64,000 nucleotides of DNA, taken from assembly GCA_041742075.1 (NCBI GenBank), contig JBGSJJ010000010.1, forward strand, positions 165-64,164. The letters run 5' to 3'. The notes under the pieces are model-generated. The model was not told where the DNA came from. It was given only the letters and a program-made list of their open reading frames with translations, and ran no database searches. The stretch's first letter is position 1; each line of letters begins with the position of its first letter. The translations under genes were made by a program, and so were the position numbers. Positions 48,079 through 57,182 of the stretch are shown piece by piece. The DNA comes from Minisyncoccia bacterium (GTDB lineage: Bacteria; Patescibacteriota; Minisyncoccia; Phycocordibacterales; UBA918).

Positions 48079-48501
48079 TTATATACCAGTACTACCAAAA
48101 GCTCCTTCTCCCCGCTCTGTCTGTCCTAACTCTGTCACCTCAATGATTTCTGGTTGCTCAATTTTTTGAATCAAGATTTGAGCTACTTTGTCACCAACAT
48201 TAAACGCGTGTGCTGTATCAGAGGTATTATACAACCCTACAAAGACTTCACCACGATAGCCGGCGTCGATAACACCACCGAGACTCTTCAGTCCATTTTT
48301 TTGTGAAATACCGCTCTTGTCCCAAATGAGCCCAACAAAGCCCTCTGGAATAGCGAACGCAATTCCAGTCGGTATTTGTGCCCGTTCTCCTGGCAAAATT
48401 GTGATCGTCTCACTCGCACACAAGTCCATGCCTGCGTCACTCGCGTGAGCAAACGCTGGCAACCTTGCCTTGTCATGTAGTTTTTTAACCTCAAGCTTCA
48501 T
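48079..48501 (-). CDS. dut: dUTP diphosphatase
   Basis: dUTPase motifs AGMDL, GLIWDKSG, IDAGYRGE and the C-terminal FGSTG. Confidence 0.9.
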   Translation of the reverse strand: MKLEVKKLHDKARLPAFAHASDAGMDLCASETITILPGERAQIPTGIAFAIPEGFVGLIWDKSGISQKNGLKSLGGVIDAGYRGEVFVGLYNTSDTAHAFNVGDKVAQILIQKIEQPEIIEVTELGQTERGEGAFGSTGI

Positions 48502-48585
48502 AGTGGAGTCAGTATAACAAATTGTAAAACAGAGAGAAATGCAAATACTTTTCTCTCTGCTAGCTAGTATTTTGTGAGTTTCAAT

Positions 48586-49257
48586 TTACCAATTGAATGC
48601 TTTTTTCATTGTCCTGTACACATCCTCATGAATCTGACTACGTTCACGCATCTGATTATTTGAAACACACGAAATTTGATACCAATATGATAGCAATTCA
48701 TTAAGATGAGTTGCCGCTGCTTCGTGAGCCGTTTGATACGCCTCATTGACTTCCACAGTATCAAGCTGGGACCGAGAACTATCTGACTCTAGTAATTTTT
48801 TACGAACACTGTATGGTGCATCCAAATAAACAATAATATCTGGCCTTGGAATCGCAAAAACTTCAAACTCTGTTACATCCAGCCAATCAAAAAAGACTTT
48901 ACGCTCATCTTTATCAACAATCTTTGCGCCCTGATGAAGCATATTTGCACTAACATATCGATCGGCAACAACATCAATTCCTGACTCAAGCCAATGTCTA
49001 ATTTGTTTTGAGGATTCAAAACGATCTGCTGCATATATTAATGATGTTATCTTCGGATCAAGTGTAAGAAAATCACCATGTGCACCGTCTAAACATTCTC
49101 GCAAAAGTCGGCCAAAATGATTCTCCTTATATCTTGGAAAATCAATTTTTTCTACCTGACGACCTTCATTGCGTAGCCTGTCCACAAGCAAAGTGGTCTG
49201 AGTGGCCTTTCCTGCACCGTCACTTCCGTCAATGACCAAAAATTTTCCCATTTCCAT
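48586..49257 (-). CDS. tmk: Thymidylate kinase
   Basis: VIDGSDGAGKATQ P-loop and DRY-like region. Confidence 0.9.
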   Translation of the reverse strand: MEMGKFLVIDGSDGAGKATQTTLLVDRLRNEGRQVEKIDFPRYKENHFGRLLRECLDGAHGDFLTLDPKITSLIYAADRFESSKQIRHWLESGIDVVADRYVSANMLHQGAKIVDKDERKVFFDWLDVTEFEVFAIPRPDIIVYLDAPYSVRKKLLESDSSRSQLDTVEVNEAYQTAHEAAATHLNELLSYWYQISCVSNNQMRERSQIHEDVYRTMKKAFNW

Positions 49258-49433
49258 ACATCTTTCATATCATGAGTTAAGAGCTTCCTAAAGCTTAGTA
49301 AACCACACTTTAAATACTCATCAAGTATATGAAACATCAACAGCACTGAGTCAATATATACAAACAATCGTACCTGTTATCCTATGACAGAATAACAGTC
49401 CTTACGTACCTTACAACCAGAAAGGTTGCTACA

Positions 49434-50807
49434 ATGTCAGCTATGAAAGCTATCCATGAACTAGAACATCACACCGTCAAACTGAGCGGCGGTGGAAAAA
49501 TCGTTATCCTCGATCCAGGCGCAATTCTTACAGCTGAAGCAATTGCCATGCTTCAAGCTTTGCATTCTCGTTCTGTGGGCGGAGTTGATGAACATCTTAA
49601 GGTGCTGGCAGAACGTGGCGCTGAGAAATTTATGTCCACCTACTACGTGGGTTACGGGCACAAATCAATCGGTGACTGTGGTACTGCGGTTGTGTTTATT
49701 GAAGGGATTTCGATGCTTGCCGCAAAGGCAATCCAAGATTCAAAACTCTACAATGGACAGGAAGCCTCAACGCGATATATCGACTTTGCGAATCAACCAT
49801 TCCTGAATCCGCTTGGCACTCAAGCTGGGACAGACGTGCTTGAAACCTGGAGAACGTTTTATCTTAAAGCGGTATCAGAGATGAAATTGGCTCTCCCGTC
49901 ACGATACCCTATAGCCGAAGGGGAAAAAGAATCAACGTATGAAAAAGCTATCGCTGCAAGAGCGTTTGATATTACCCGCGGGTTTCTACCAGCCGGAGCC
50001 AGTACCAACCTCGCGTGGACCAGCACCTTGCGCCAATTTGCTGACAGAGTATCACAGCTCCGTCACCATCCACTTCCGGAAGTACAGGAAATTGCAGACA
50101 AGCTTGAAGATGCACTGATCGCAACATATCCAAACTCTTTCAACAACGAAAAGAAGCGGTATGAAGGAACAGAGGCCTATGTAGAAGCGACAATGGGTCA
50201 CTACTACTATCACGACGTACAGTCGCCAGCCCTTGCTCTAGTTCGTGACGGAGTAGATGCTACAGCTCTTGCTGAATACCGTGTCCTACTTTCAAGTCGA
50301 CCGCCAAAAACTGAACTGCCAAAATGGCTCGGTGCGTACGGGGAAGCGGCGTTTGCGTTCACGCTTGATTTCGGTTCATTTCGGGATATTCAACGTCATC
50401 GTGCAGTCACACAACGAATGCCCCTCCTCACAGCCGATATTGGCTTCAATACGTGGTACTTGTCAGAATTAACTGAGAGTCTAAAGGATGAAGCAATTGC
50501 ACTGATCGAATCGCAGAATAAGGCGACTTTAGCGCTAACAGACAATACTGCGCTTCGGCAATACTATCTACCGATGGGCTATAACATCAGTAACTACCTT
50601 TCTGGAGACCTGCCTGCCCTCGTCTACCTGGTAGAACTTCGCGCGACCAGTCTCGTCCATCCGACGCTCGCAATGCGTGCAGGTGAAATGGCCACACTGT
50701 TACAAGATACGTACGGTGATTTGGGACTTGTGCTTCACATGGACCCGAATCCCGGTCGCTTCAATATCAAACGAGGTGAACAGGATATTGTGAAAAAAGA
50801 AATCTAA
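49434..50807 (+). CDS. thyX: Flavin-dependent thymidylate synthase ThyX-like, tandem-duplicated (pseudo-dimeric) 457-aa form
   Basis: Two ThyX-like halves. The C-terminal half keeps the RHR motif (FAFTLDFGSFRDIQRHRAVTQ). The N-terminal half keeps the HSRS/YNGQEASTRY region but lacks RHR. Confidence 0.6.
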   Translation: MSAMKAIHELEHHTVKLSGGGKIVILDPGAILTAEAIAMLQALHSRSVGGVDEHLKVLAERGAEKFMSTYYVGYGHKSIGDCGTAVVFIEGISMLAAKAIQDSKLYNGQEASTRYIDFANQPFLNPLGTQAGTDVLETWRTFYLKAVSEMKLALPSRYPIAEGEKESTYEKAIAARAFDITRGFLPAGASTNLAWTSTLRQFADRVSQLRHHPLPEVQEIADKLEDALIATYPNSFNNEKKRYEGTEAYVEATMGHYYYHDVQSPALALVRDGVDATALAEYRVLLSSRPPKTELPKWLGAYGEAAFAFTLDFGSFRDIQRHRAVTQRMPLLTADIGFNTWYLSELTESLKDEAIALIESQNKATLALTDNTALRQYYLPMGYNISNYLSGDLPALVYLVELRATSLVHPTLAMRAGEMATLLQDTYGDLGLVLHMDPNPGRFNIKRGEQDIVKKEI

Positions 50808-50849
50808 GCACTGTGCCGTAGACCACCTTGGTCTACGGCACTTTTTAAT

Positions 50850-51968
50850 TTATCGAAATTGCTTTCCGAGTTTAGGACCAGACTGCTTGAGATAATTTGA
50901 GTCTTTCATATCATAGTGCACATCAGGCACTTCGCTCATACACTCAAAGCGAATCTTGGCAATTGGCTGACCTTTTCGAACCACCAAATCCTCAAATGGT
51001 CTGACTTCAAGAGTAAACGGCCTACCCTTACCCTCGCCATTTTTTCCATACCCCCACCCCGGATCGAGAAAACCAGCGTAGTGTGATCTAAAGTCACCAC
51101 TCCGTTCATCCATAGGAACCATTTCAGAAGCTAGTTCTGGTGGAATACGAACTGACTCTGCTCCCGAAAGAATGTAAAATTTGTCACGCTCTAAACGTAA
51201 CGCACCATCTTGAATGTGAATTGCGGTAAAAAAATCAGAGCCTTCATATCCACCTACATTGGCCACATCTAATACTTGGTCAGGTTTTGCTGTACAAACA
51301 TAACCACACATCCCCGCCTCAACGAGTGCTGTCAGAACTACCGTACCGTCTTGATCGTTCGTTACCAAATCAGTGTATAAGAGTGCCTTCATTCCACCTT
51401 GGTCATACACCAGACCGCTTTTCATGGCTATCTCTAAATCAAGCTCATTGAACCTCGTATCAGCTGTAAATAATCGAAGTTGAGTGAGTGGTGTACCTGG
51501 GTGAAGGAGAATGGCAAAAGATTTTGCATGCATCGCAACCCAAAGCTCACCTTTAAATCCTTTTGGAGTAACTGAATCAAAGCGTGGCACACCGTCAGCT
51601 AGTACCCGAACATGCATGTCGAGCCTGCCAGTTGAAGACTTTGGATTGCAGTAACCATACACATGAGTTGGAAGTGCGAGCGATTCGTTCAGCTTAGCAA
51701 GATACAAAGTGCCTGCCTGTAGCGGTTCATTAAACGATGCTTGCTTCGCTTCCATAAGTGGAAGCAGTTCACGAATGGTCTCACCGACTTTTGGAAGAAT
51801 GAGTCCTCGAATCGTATAGAGTTCATCCGTAAGTGTCAGGTCGAGAGAAGCTGGAGAAATATGCTTGGAATCAGCTCCTAAAATAAAGCCACTTTGCATT
51901 AGCATACGAAGCATCTGTGAAGGTAATGCACCCTGTTTTGACATACCGGGTACTATAACATGTATCAC
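50850..51968 (-). CDS. Long-form dCTP deaminase-like protein (tandem dUTPase-fold, DCD family)
   Basis: Two repeats resembling the Dcd core (PKSSTGRLDMHV..VTPKGFKGELW and FLDPGWGYG). Confidence 0.55.
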   Translation of the reverse strand: MIHVIVPGMSKQGALPSQMLRMLMQSGFILGADSKHISPASLDLTLTDELYTIRGLILPKVGETIRELLPLMEAKQASFNEPLQAGTLYLAKLNESLALPTHVYGYCNPKSSTGRLDMHVRVLADGVPRFDSVTPKGFKGELWVAMHAKSFAILLHPGTPLTQLRLFTADTRFNELDLEIAMKSGLVYDQGGMKALLYTDLVTNDQDGTVVLTALVEAGMCGYVCTAKPDQVLDVANVGGYEGSDFFTAIHIQDGALRLERDKFYILSGAESVRIPPELASEMVPMDERSGDFRSHYAGFLDPGWGYGKNGEGKGRPFTLEVRPFEDLVVRKGQPIAKIRFECMSEVPDVHYDMKDSNYLKQSGPKLGKQFR

Positions 51969-52001
51969 TTTTAAATAAAAAAATGAGGCGACTGTATCGC
52001 C

Positions 52002-52424
52002 TCATTCCCGCAGGAAGTCTTCAAAATTTCGGACCAGTCTAGTATCGAGAACTGGTTTCACCACTCCTTTTAATAAGCTGTACTGAACCCAATTTACTTC
52101 GTATGCAAAACTCTTTCTAAGCAAAGCTGACGGTAGACACTCAGCAACCACGAGTATGACGTCTTCTTTATTATCGTAATGATACGTATGCAGGTAGGTA
52201 ATCGTTGCTTTTGCTACCTCAACCCCGTAACTCGCAAGCAACTCGTTAACCCTTACCGAAACCGTTCTCTGACGAGTGACTGGTTCACGACACAAAACGA
52301 CATTTGAGATTTTGTTTTTCTGCCACACTGGCAGTGGTACAACCCAACTTTTCTTTTCCACAGCGGAAACGATAAGGAGGGCTATTTTGAAGTCCGTACT
52401 ACTTCTCCGAAGAGAGCTGGTCAC
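52002..52424 (-). CDS. Hypothetical protein P0 (140 aa), first gene of a GC-elevated array
   Basis: ORF with a terminator hairpin (51981-52007) at its 3' end. Confidence 0.45.
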   Translation of the reverse strand: MTSSLRRSSTDFKIALLIVSAVEKKSWVVPLPVWQKNKISNVVLCREPVTRQRTVSVRVNELLASYGVEVAKATITYLHTYHYDNKEDVILVVAECLPSALLRKSFAYEVNWVQYSLLKGVVKPVLDTRLVRNFEDFLRE

Positions 52425-52543
52425 GTTGGTCTCCTGTTGGCGCTAAATTCTGACCGACGGCTAGTATAGCATTAATCAATAAATCTGTGTTTGCAAAATA
52501 AAAGACGAAGCGCGAACGCTTCGTCTTGCTGTGGTGGGTCATC

Positions 52544-52984
52544 TCAGAACGCGGTGACCAGGTTGTAGTTGGGGTGTCGCATGCGCGACTTCGGCTCACG
52601 CAATTCGATGTTGCGAAAACGCGGATTCTTGATAAGCATCAGCTCGTCGGCACTTACTCGCACCAGAGCACGGTAGGTTGTGACCCGACCGTCCTGCTTA
52701 GTCTGGTAGAACGTGACCTGCTCCGGGTCGAATATGAAGCCAGGAATCGACTCCAAAACATACTGAAGGGCGCGCTCGCGACCCTTAAACAGAAGAAGCA
52801 TAAGCAGGCACAGCCGTTCAAACAGGAACATGCCCTCAGTGGTGAGGATTCCAGAGTCCTGATTTTTCTCCACGAGAATGCCGGCGGGTTGGTATTCGTG
52901 CTGCGAAGTCTTTGTCCCGAACTGTTTCGGTGCACAGACCACGATAGAAAACCTGACGTGCGGAAGCTTCGGAAAGCTGAACAT
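52544..52984 (-). CDS. Hypothetical protein P1 (146 aa), paralog of P2
   Basis: The minus frame has much stronger GC3 than the antisense ORF. YRALVRVSADELML in P1 aligns with YRAILVRDADGLFV in P2. Confidence 0.5.
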   Translation of the reverse strand: MFSFPKLPHVRFSIVVCAPKQFGTKTSQHEYQPAGILVEKNQDSGILTTEGMFLFERLCLLMLLLFKGRERALQYVLESIPGFIFDPEQVTFYQTKQDGRVTTYRALVRVSADELMLIKNPRFRNIELREPKSRMRHPNYNLVTAF

Positions 52985-53111
52985 GTGGTAGCCTTTCGTA
53001 GATTGTAGATTGGTGGAACTGTCTCTTTTCCTTAAGACGTGTGTAGTCTTTGTTTCTTACAAAAGAATACAGGGCCGTCCGAGGACGGCCCTGTCTGGGC
53101 TTGGGGCGGTT

Positions 53112-53612
53112 TTACACCACCAATTTTGCTTCAACGATCGCGCTGAGAATCTTCCACAGTACAACAGGTTGTGTAGAAAGCTGAACGAACAGGCCGTCAG
53201 CATCCCTCACTAGGATTGCGCGATAGTCCTGTTCATACTCAAGCGGTACCTTAACCACCTCGACATAGACATAGTGGCGCTTACGGGCAGCGAGGCCATA
53301 CTCCCGTTTACCGAGACATATACAAGACGAGACTGCCTCTAGACAAATGAAGGCCTTTTTCCGAAAAGCCTTCCTACAGAGTGATGCTGCATGCGCAAAT
53401 AGTGGATACCACTCATCGCCAGCATTGACCACCCTGTTCGTGAACTTCTCGCTCAGTACCCAATACTGACCAGTACTCCGCTCATACACGATGACACAAA
53501 TCGAATCACCCCGAAACAGGCCAAATAGCCTTGTCGCGGGATTGCTCAACCGAATCGGTTTCAGACCCGGTACAGATACGTCGACACTCGACATGATAGG
53601 TTCCTCTCGCAA
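53112..53612 (-). CDS. Hypothetical protein P2 (166 aa), paralog of P1 and P3
   Basis: Terminator hairpin cagggccgtc-cgag-gacggccctg at 53071-53096. Shares motifs with P1 and P3. Confidence 0.5.
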   Translation of the reverse strand: MREEPIMSSVDVSVPGLKPIRLSNPATRLFGLFRGDSICVIVYERSTGQYWVLSEKFTNRVVNAGDEWYPLFAHAASLCRKAFRKKAFICLEAVSSCICLGKREYGLAARKRHYVYVEVVKVPLEYEQDYRAILVRDADGLFVQLSTQPVVLWKILSAIVEAKLVV

Positions 53613-53657
53613 GTTTTCTTGAACACCTTTCGGAGTCCACTAGGTTAGGTGGCCGCC

Positions 53658-54131
53658 TTAGGCGACCACTTGGTTACTTCTGTTGCCGATTTCGAGCGCT
53701 TGCTCTGCGGCCATTACTGTCCACTGAATGGACGGCTTGTTGCCGCGCTCCAGCAGTTCGTAGTGGATTATAGTGCGACTAGGGTGAAACGGGAAACGAT
53801 CTACCGCACAATATACAAAGTAGTAGTCTGTACCTCGAAAGATAGTCTGGCCAATTCCAGGCAAGAAGATCTGCCGAACGGATTTTAGATCAGGCCTTCT
53901 GATCAGGCCTTTTTTCTCAAATTCCTCCAGCTTACTTCTTGAAAAACCCAGAATGTTATCGCCATCAAAGATGGTGTTTTCATTCCATGGATTTATAGCG
54001 AATACTTGTCTTGTAGCGATGTCGTATAGCACGAGCACAACGAGACGAGTGTTAACTGTTTGTTCTGGTAGAGCAGGCTCACGTACCTTGATTTTCAGTT
54101 TCAGTTGCCGGCCACGGCTGGTTCCGAACAT
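53658..54131 (-). CDS. Hypothetical protein P3 (157 aa), paralog of P2
   Basis: VLVLYDIATRQVFAINPW aligns with CVIVYERSTGQYWVLSEK in P2, and YYFVYCAVD with HYVYVEVV. Confidence 0.5.
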   Translation of the reverse strand: MFGTSRGRQLKLKIKVREPALPEQTVNTRLVVLVLYDIATRQVFAINPWNENTIFDGDNILGFSRSKLEEFEKKGLIRRPDLKSVRQIFLPGIGQTIFRGTDYYFVYCAVDRFPFHPSRTIIHYELLERGNKPSIQWTVMAAEQALEIGNRSNQVVA

Positions 54132-54232
54132 GGTCTCTCCTTACGTTTGAGGCGTCATTTGACGCAATAAGATGAACTTCCTGCCCCCTATGACGGAGTA
54201 AGACTGGCTTTCTTACAAAGAATTTATAAAGT

Positions 54233-54262
54233 ACGAAAAAACGCCACTTTTGTGGCGTTTTT
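54233..54262. terminator. Bidirectional terminator aaaaaacgccac-tttt-gtggcgtttttt
   Basis: Perfect stem with A6/T6 flanks. Confidence 0.75.
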
Positions 54263-54285
54263 TCAAGGTCTTAAGGTATGTATAC

Positions 54286-54396
54286 TTATTCCTTCACTGT
54301 TACATCTTACAGATGCTGTACACCTTTTGGATGGATTATCCTTTCAGTCAAATCCATCTCAAAAGGTTGGTAACAGCTTATTCCTTCACTGTTACC
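54286..54396. repeat. 19-nt direct repeat cttattccttcactgttac (54286-54304 and 54377-54395) duplicating the last 5 codons plus stop of rplK. The copies flank a 15-bp-arm hairpin (54321-54364).
   Basis: On the minus strand both copies read VTVKE-stop. The inverted repeat between them is ccttttggatggatt / aatccatctcaaaagg. Confidence 0.7.
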
Positions 54397-54803
54397 CCCA
54401 TACTGCGGGCAGTACCAGCGATAATCTTCATGGCTGCTTCGACTGAAGCGGCATTGAGGTCTGACATCTTCGTTTCAGCAATTTGTCGAAGTTGCTCTTG
54501 GTTAAGTTCACCAATCTTTTGTGCTGGCGCCTTACTTGAACCCTTGTCCTTACCAATTGCCTTCAAGATAAGTCGTGAAGCTGGTGAGGTCTTCAAGATA
54601 AACGTAAACGTACGGTCATCGTAGACAGTAAGTTCTACTGGGACGACTTCGCCCATTCGTTCGCGTGTCTGCTCATTGAACTGATTTACGAACTCGCCGA
54701 TATTTATACCAGCTTGTCCAAGTACCGGACCAAGTGGTGGTGCTGGAGTTGCCTTACCACCTGTAGCCTGTACCTTGATTTTCTTTGTAATTTTCTTTGC
54801 CAT
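54378..54803 (-). CDS. rplK: 50S ribosomal protein L11
   Basis: [26 protein letters not shown] and overall L11 collinearity. Confidence 0.95.
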   Translation of the reverse strand: MAKKITKKIKVQATGGKATPAPPLGPVLGQAGINIGEFVNQFNEQTRERMGEVVPVELTVYDDRTFTFILKTSPASRLILKAIGKDKGSSKAPAQKIGELNQEQLRQIAETKMSDLNAASVEAAMKIIAGTARSMGVTVKE

Positions 54804-55140
54804 GTTGTTTTGATTATATTTTTGTCAGGGCAGGCGGTCCATAGCCACCTTTGTAGTACCCTTTGAAGCCCGCGTATTGTACAAGAAATTAAGGGTTTTG
54901 CAAGATACTCTGTATCATCCTCCCCTTTCGTAAGAAGGCGGAAATTTGACGTAGATACAAGGCGTACAAAAGAAATAATTTGAGGCGTACTTTATTGTAC
55001 GATGACGAATAATTTTCCCGATACGCAAGGAGTTCGCCAATTTATACTTTTTTGGGCCGGGTGCAAACGCGGTTCCTCCCTCTGGGGTCGGAACCGCTAA
55101 GCATCGGCATAAGAAAATATTAGTCGTAGCTTTGCTACTC

Positions 55141-55686
55141 TTATATTTTCTTAATTTGGAGGAAGTCGAGCTCGACGGGTGTCTCCCGTCCAAACATACT
55201 CACCAGCACCTTCACCTTACCACTACTTTCATCTACCTCCCCTACCTTACCTTCAAGGTCTTTAAATGGACCGTCTACAATCACGACTGAATCGTCAGGA
55301 CTGAGGTCAACCTTATGCTTGACTGTGTCAACTGACATTCGTTTTACGAGAGAGTTATATTCTTCATCTGTAAGTGGCACTGGTTGTGTTCCACTACCAA
55401 CAAAGCCAGTTACCCGAGGCGTGTTTCGTACCACGTACCAAGACTCATCGTTTACCACCATTTCTACCAACACGTAGCCAGGGTAAATACGCTCCTCTTC
55501 GGTAACGCGCTTGCCACCCTTTACGCGAATCTTTTTCTCGGTCGGTACCACCACGTCAAAAATCTGGTTTTGCATACCGAGCGAATCAATGCGCTGACGA
55601 AGGTTACGCGCTACCGCGTTCTCATAGCCAGAGTAGGTGTGAATCGCAAACCAACGTCGTTCGCCGTCTGTTATTTGTTTAGCCAT
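55141..55686 (-). CDS. nusG: Transcription termination/antitermination factor NusG
   Basis: NGN domain (WFAIHTYSGYENAV) and KOW (GDSVVIVDGPFKDLEGKVGEVD). Confidence 0.95.
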   Translation of the reverse strand: MAKQITDGERRWFAIHTYSGYENAVARNLRQRIDSLGMQNQIFDVVVPTEKKIRVKGGKRVTEEERIYPGYVLVEMVVNDESWYVVRNTPRVTGFVGSGTQPVPLTDEEYNSLVKRMSVDTVKHKVDLSPDDSVVIVDGPFKDLEGKVGEVDESSGKVKVLVSMFGRETPVELDFLQIKKI

Positions 55687-55712
55687 AGTGTATTGGTGAA
55701 ATTAATGAATAA

Positions 55713-55970
55713 TTAAAGACCGAGTAAAAAACGATCTAGTACTTGTGTAAACAGGTAGTCAAAAGCACCCAAGAAAAGGGCGGCGAAGACAGAGATACCG
55801 ATCACGAGAGCAGTATAGACAAGTGCCTGTGTACGGGTTGGCCATGACACATGCTTCATTTCGGCAGCGGTGTCACTGAAATATTTTCCAAGTCGGGTCA
55901 TATATTGAGATAAATATGCGGGTAAAATTAAAACGCCTCGGGGGCGATTTCCATACATTATACGCTTCAC
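55713..55970 (-). CDS. secE: Preprotein translocase subunit SecE
   Basis: MKHVSWPTRTQALVYTALVIGISVFAALFLGAFD and the conserved secE-nusG order. Confidence 0.85.
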   Translation of the reverse strand: MKRIMYGNRPRGVLILPAYLSQYMTRLGKYFSDTAAEMKHVSWPTRTQALVYTALVIGISVFAALFLGAFDYLFTQVLDRFLLGL

Positions 55971-56055
55971 TGTAAAAAAGTCAAAGCCCGGGCAAACGCT
56001 GTTTGCCCGGGCACGGTTTCCTCATTTCAGAGCAGACAACTAACTGTTGACTGAC

Positions 56056-56229
56056 TTAGGAATGCAAGCCAACAATCAGCCAGTCCGGTTCGTTTTCTTC
56101 GGGCGAAAGCTCGAATGCCTTAGCATCGAAAACTTCAAGGGCATCCGGAGTGGAGCCCCTTTTCCTGCCGGAGTGCACCACAACCGGTGGGGCAACCGGA
56201 ACGTTTCTTTTTCGCAAACGGGCTGGCAT
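56056..56229 (-). CDS. Small basic protein (57 aa, MPARLRKRNVPVAPPVVVHSGRKRGS...) with a consensus SD (gaggagg)
   Basis: Strong SD 7 nt before the ATG. Promoter-like TTGCTT-N17-ATAAT upstream. Sits where rpmG/tRNA-Trp is often found, but the sequence is not L33-like. Confidence 0.4.
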   Translation of the reverse strand: MPARLRKRNVPVAPPVVVHSGRKRGSTPDALEVFDAKAFELSPEENEPDWLIVGLHS

Positions 56230-56344
56230 TTGAAACCTCCTCGTTTCAAGAGTGAACTCTGTTTAGATTATGACATATTTATAATAAAAAGCAAGTATAC
56301 GTGTTCTGGTTGCCTGAGAATCTTAGGCAGTAGTGACACAAAAG

Positions 56345-56375
56345 CGCGGCCGAAGGCCGCGTTTTTGTGTCCGTA
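56345..56375. terminator. Hairpin gcgcggcc-gaa-ggccgcgc with flanking A/T runs
   Basis: Lies after the SIMPL gene stop. Confidence 0.65.
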
Positions 56376-56386
56376 AACCGTACCTT

Positions 56387-57172
56387 TTACTCGAGTTCAA
56401 ATACAATCGTCACAACACTTCGAATAGTGTTTTCTCCCACCGGAAGCGACGGTGCCATCATCGCGTCTTTCGCGACAGCACTTTCCATCATCGCTCCTCC
56501 GTAGTACGGCATCGGGGTTCCTTCATGCTCATAAAAGTTAATCACCTTGCCGAGTCTCACCTCAAGGTTATTAGCTATCTTTTGTGCCTTAGCTTTAGCA
56601 TCCACAATCGCTTCGGCTTGTGCTTCAGCTTTGAGTGCACTTTCGTCATCAATCGTAAACTCTAGTCCACTTAAGTTTGTAGCGCCCTTACTTCCCACCT
56701 CAGAGATAAGTGTCCCAGCTTTGTCTAGATCGCGAACCTTTACCGAAATAGTCTGACTGACTTCGTATCCATCGAGAATTGGTTCACCTGGGTTACAAAA
56801 CATACCTGGTGCACAGGCGCGGTCTTCATAGCGATAGCGTGGAGCTAGGTTATAGCCTTGGGTTTTGATATCCTTCTCCGCAACACCGGCTTCACCTAGA
56901 TAAGCCAAAATAGCGTTCACTGCTTCAGCCGACTTTGTTTGCGCCTCAGCTGCATCGACTCCATTTGCATTGACTGAGAAAGAAAACTGACCAATATCAG
57001 GCTTGGCAAAAATCTCAGCTTCTCCGGTAATAGAGATGGTCGTTGGACCCATCATCCCCATTTTTGCTTGCTTGAAGGTCAATTGAGCATACGCACCAAG
57101 CGCAATAATGAAGGTGAGGAGTGACAGGGCTATTAAAAACTGTACATACGGTCGATTAAAAAAAGATTGCAT
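56387..57172 (-). CDS. SIMPL-domain (DUF541 / YggE-like) secreted protein
   Basis: Signal/TM N-terminus, then ISITGEAEIFAKPDIGQFSFSV...GKVINF typical of SIMPL proteins. Confidence 0.6.
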   Translation of the reverse strand: MQSFFNRPYVQFLIALSLLTFIIALGAYAQLTFKQAKMGMMGPTTISITGEAEIFAKPDIGQFSFSVNANGVDAAEAQTKSAEAVNAILAYLGEAGVAEKDIKTQGYNLAPRYRYEDRACAPGMFCNPGEPILDGYEVSQTISVKVRDLDKAGTLISEVGSKGATNLSGLEFTIDDESALKAEAQAEAIVDAKAKAQKIANNLEVRLGKVINFYEHEGTPMPYYGGAMMESAVAKDAMMAPSLPVGENTIRSVVTIVFELE

Positions 57173-57182
57173 ACGATATAAA

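Noticed and set aside
52526-53008. Plus-strand 160-aa ORF overlapping P1
   Set aside because: The minus-strand frame shows a far stronger GC3 bias, a hydrophobic core and a paralog match to P2. The plus ORF is Arg-rich, as expected for an antisense frame.
54915-55193. Minus-strand 92-aa ORF between rplK and nusG
   Set aside because: It lies in the structured nusG-rplK intergenic/leader region and overlaps the nusG 3' end. No SD. Poor codon bias.
56047-56376. Plus-strand 109-aa ORF in the secE upstream region
   Set aside because: No SD. The opposite strand has a consensus GAGGAGG SD plus ORF, and the surrounding genes are all on the minus strand.
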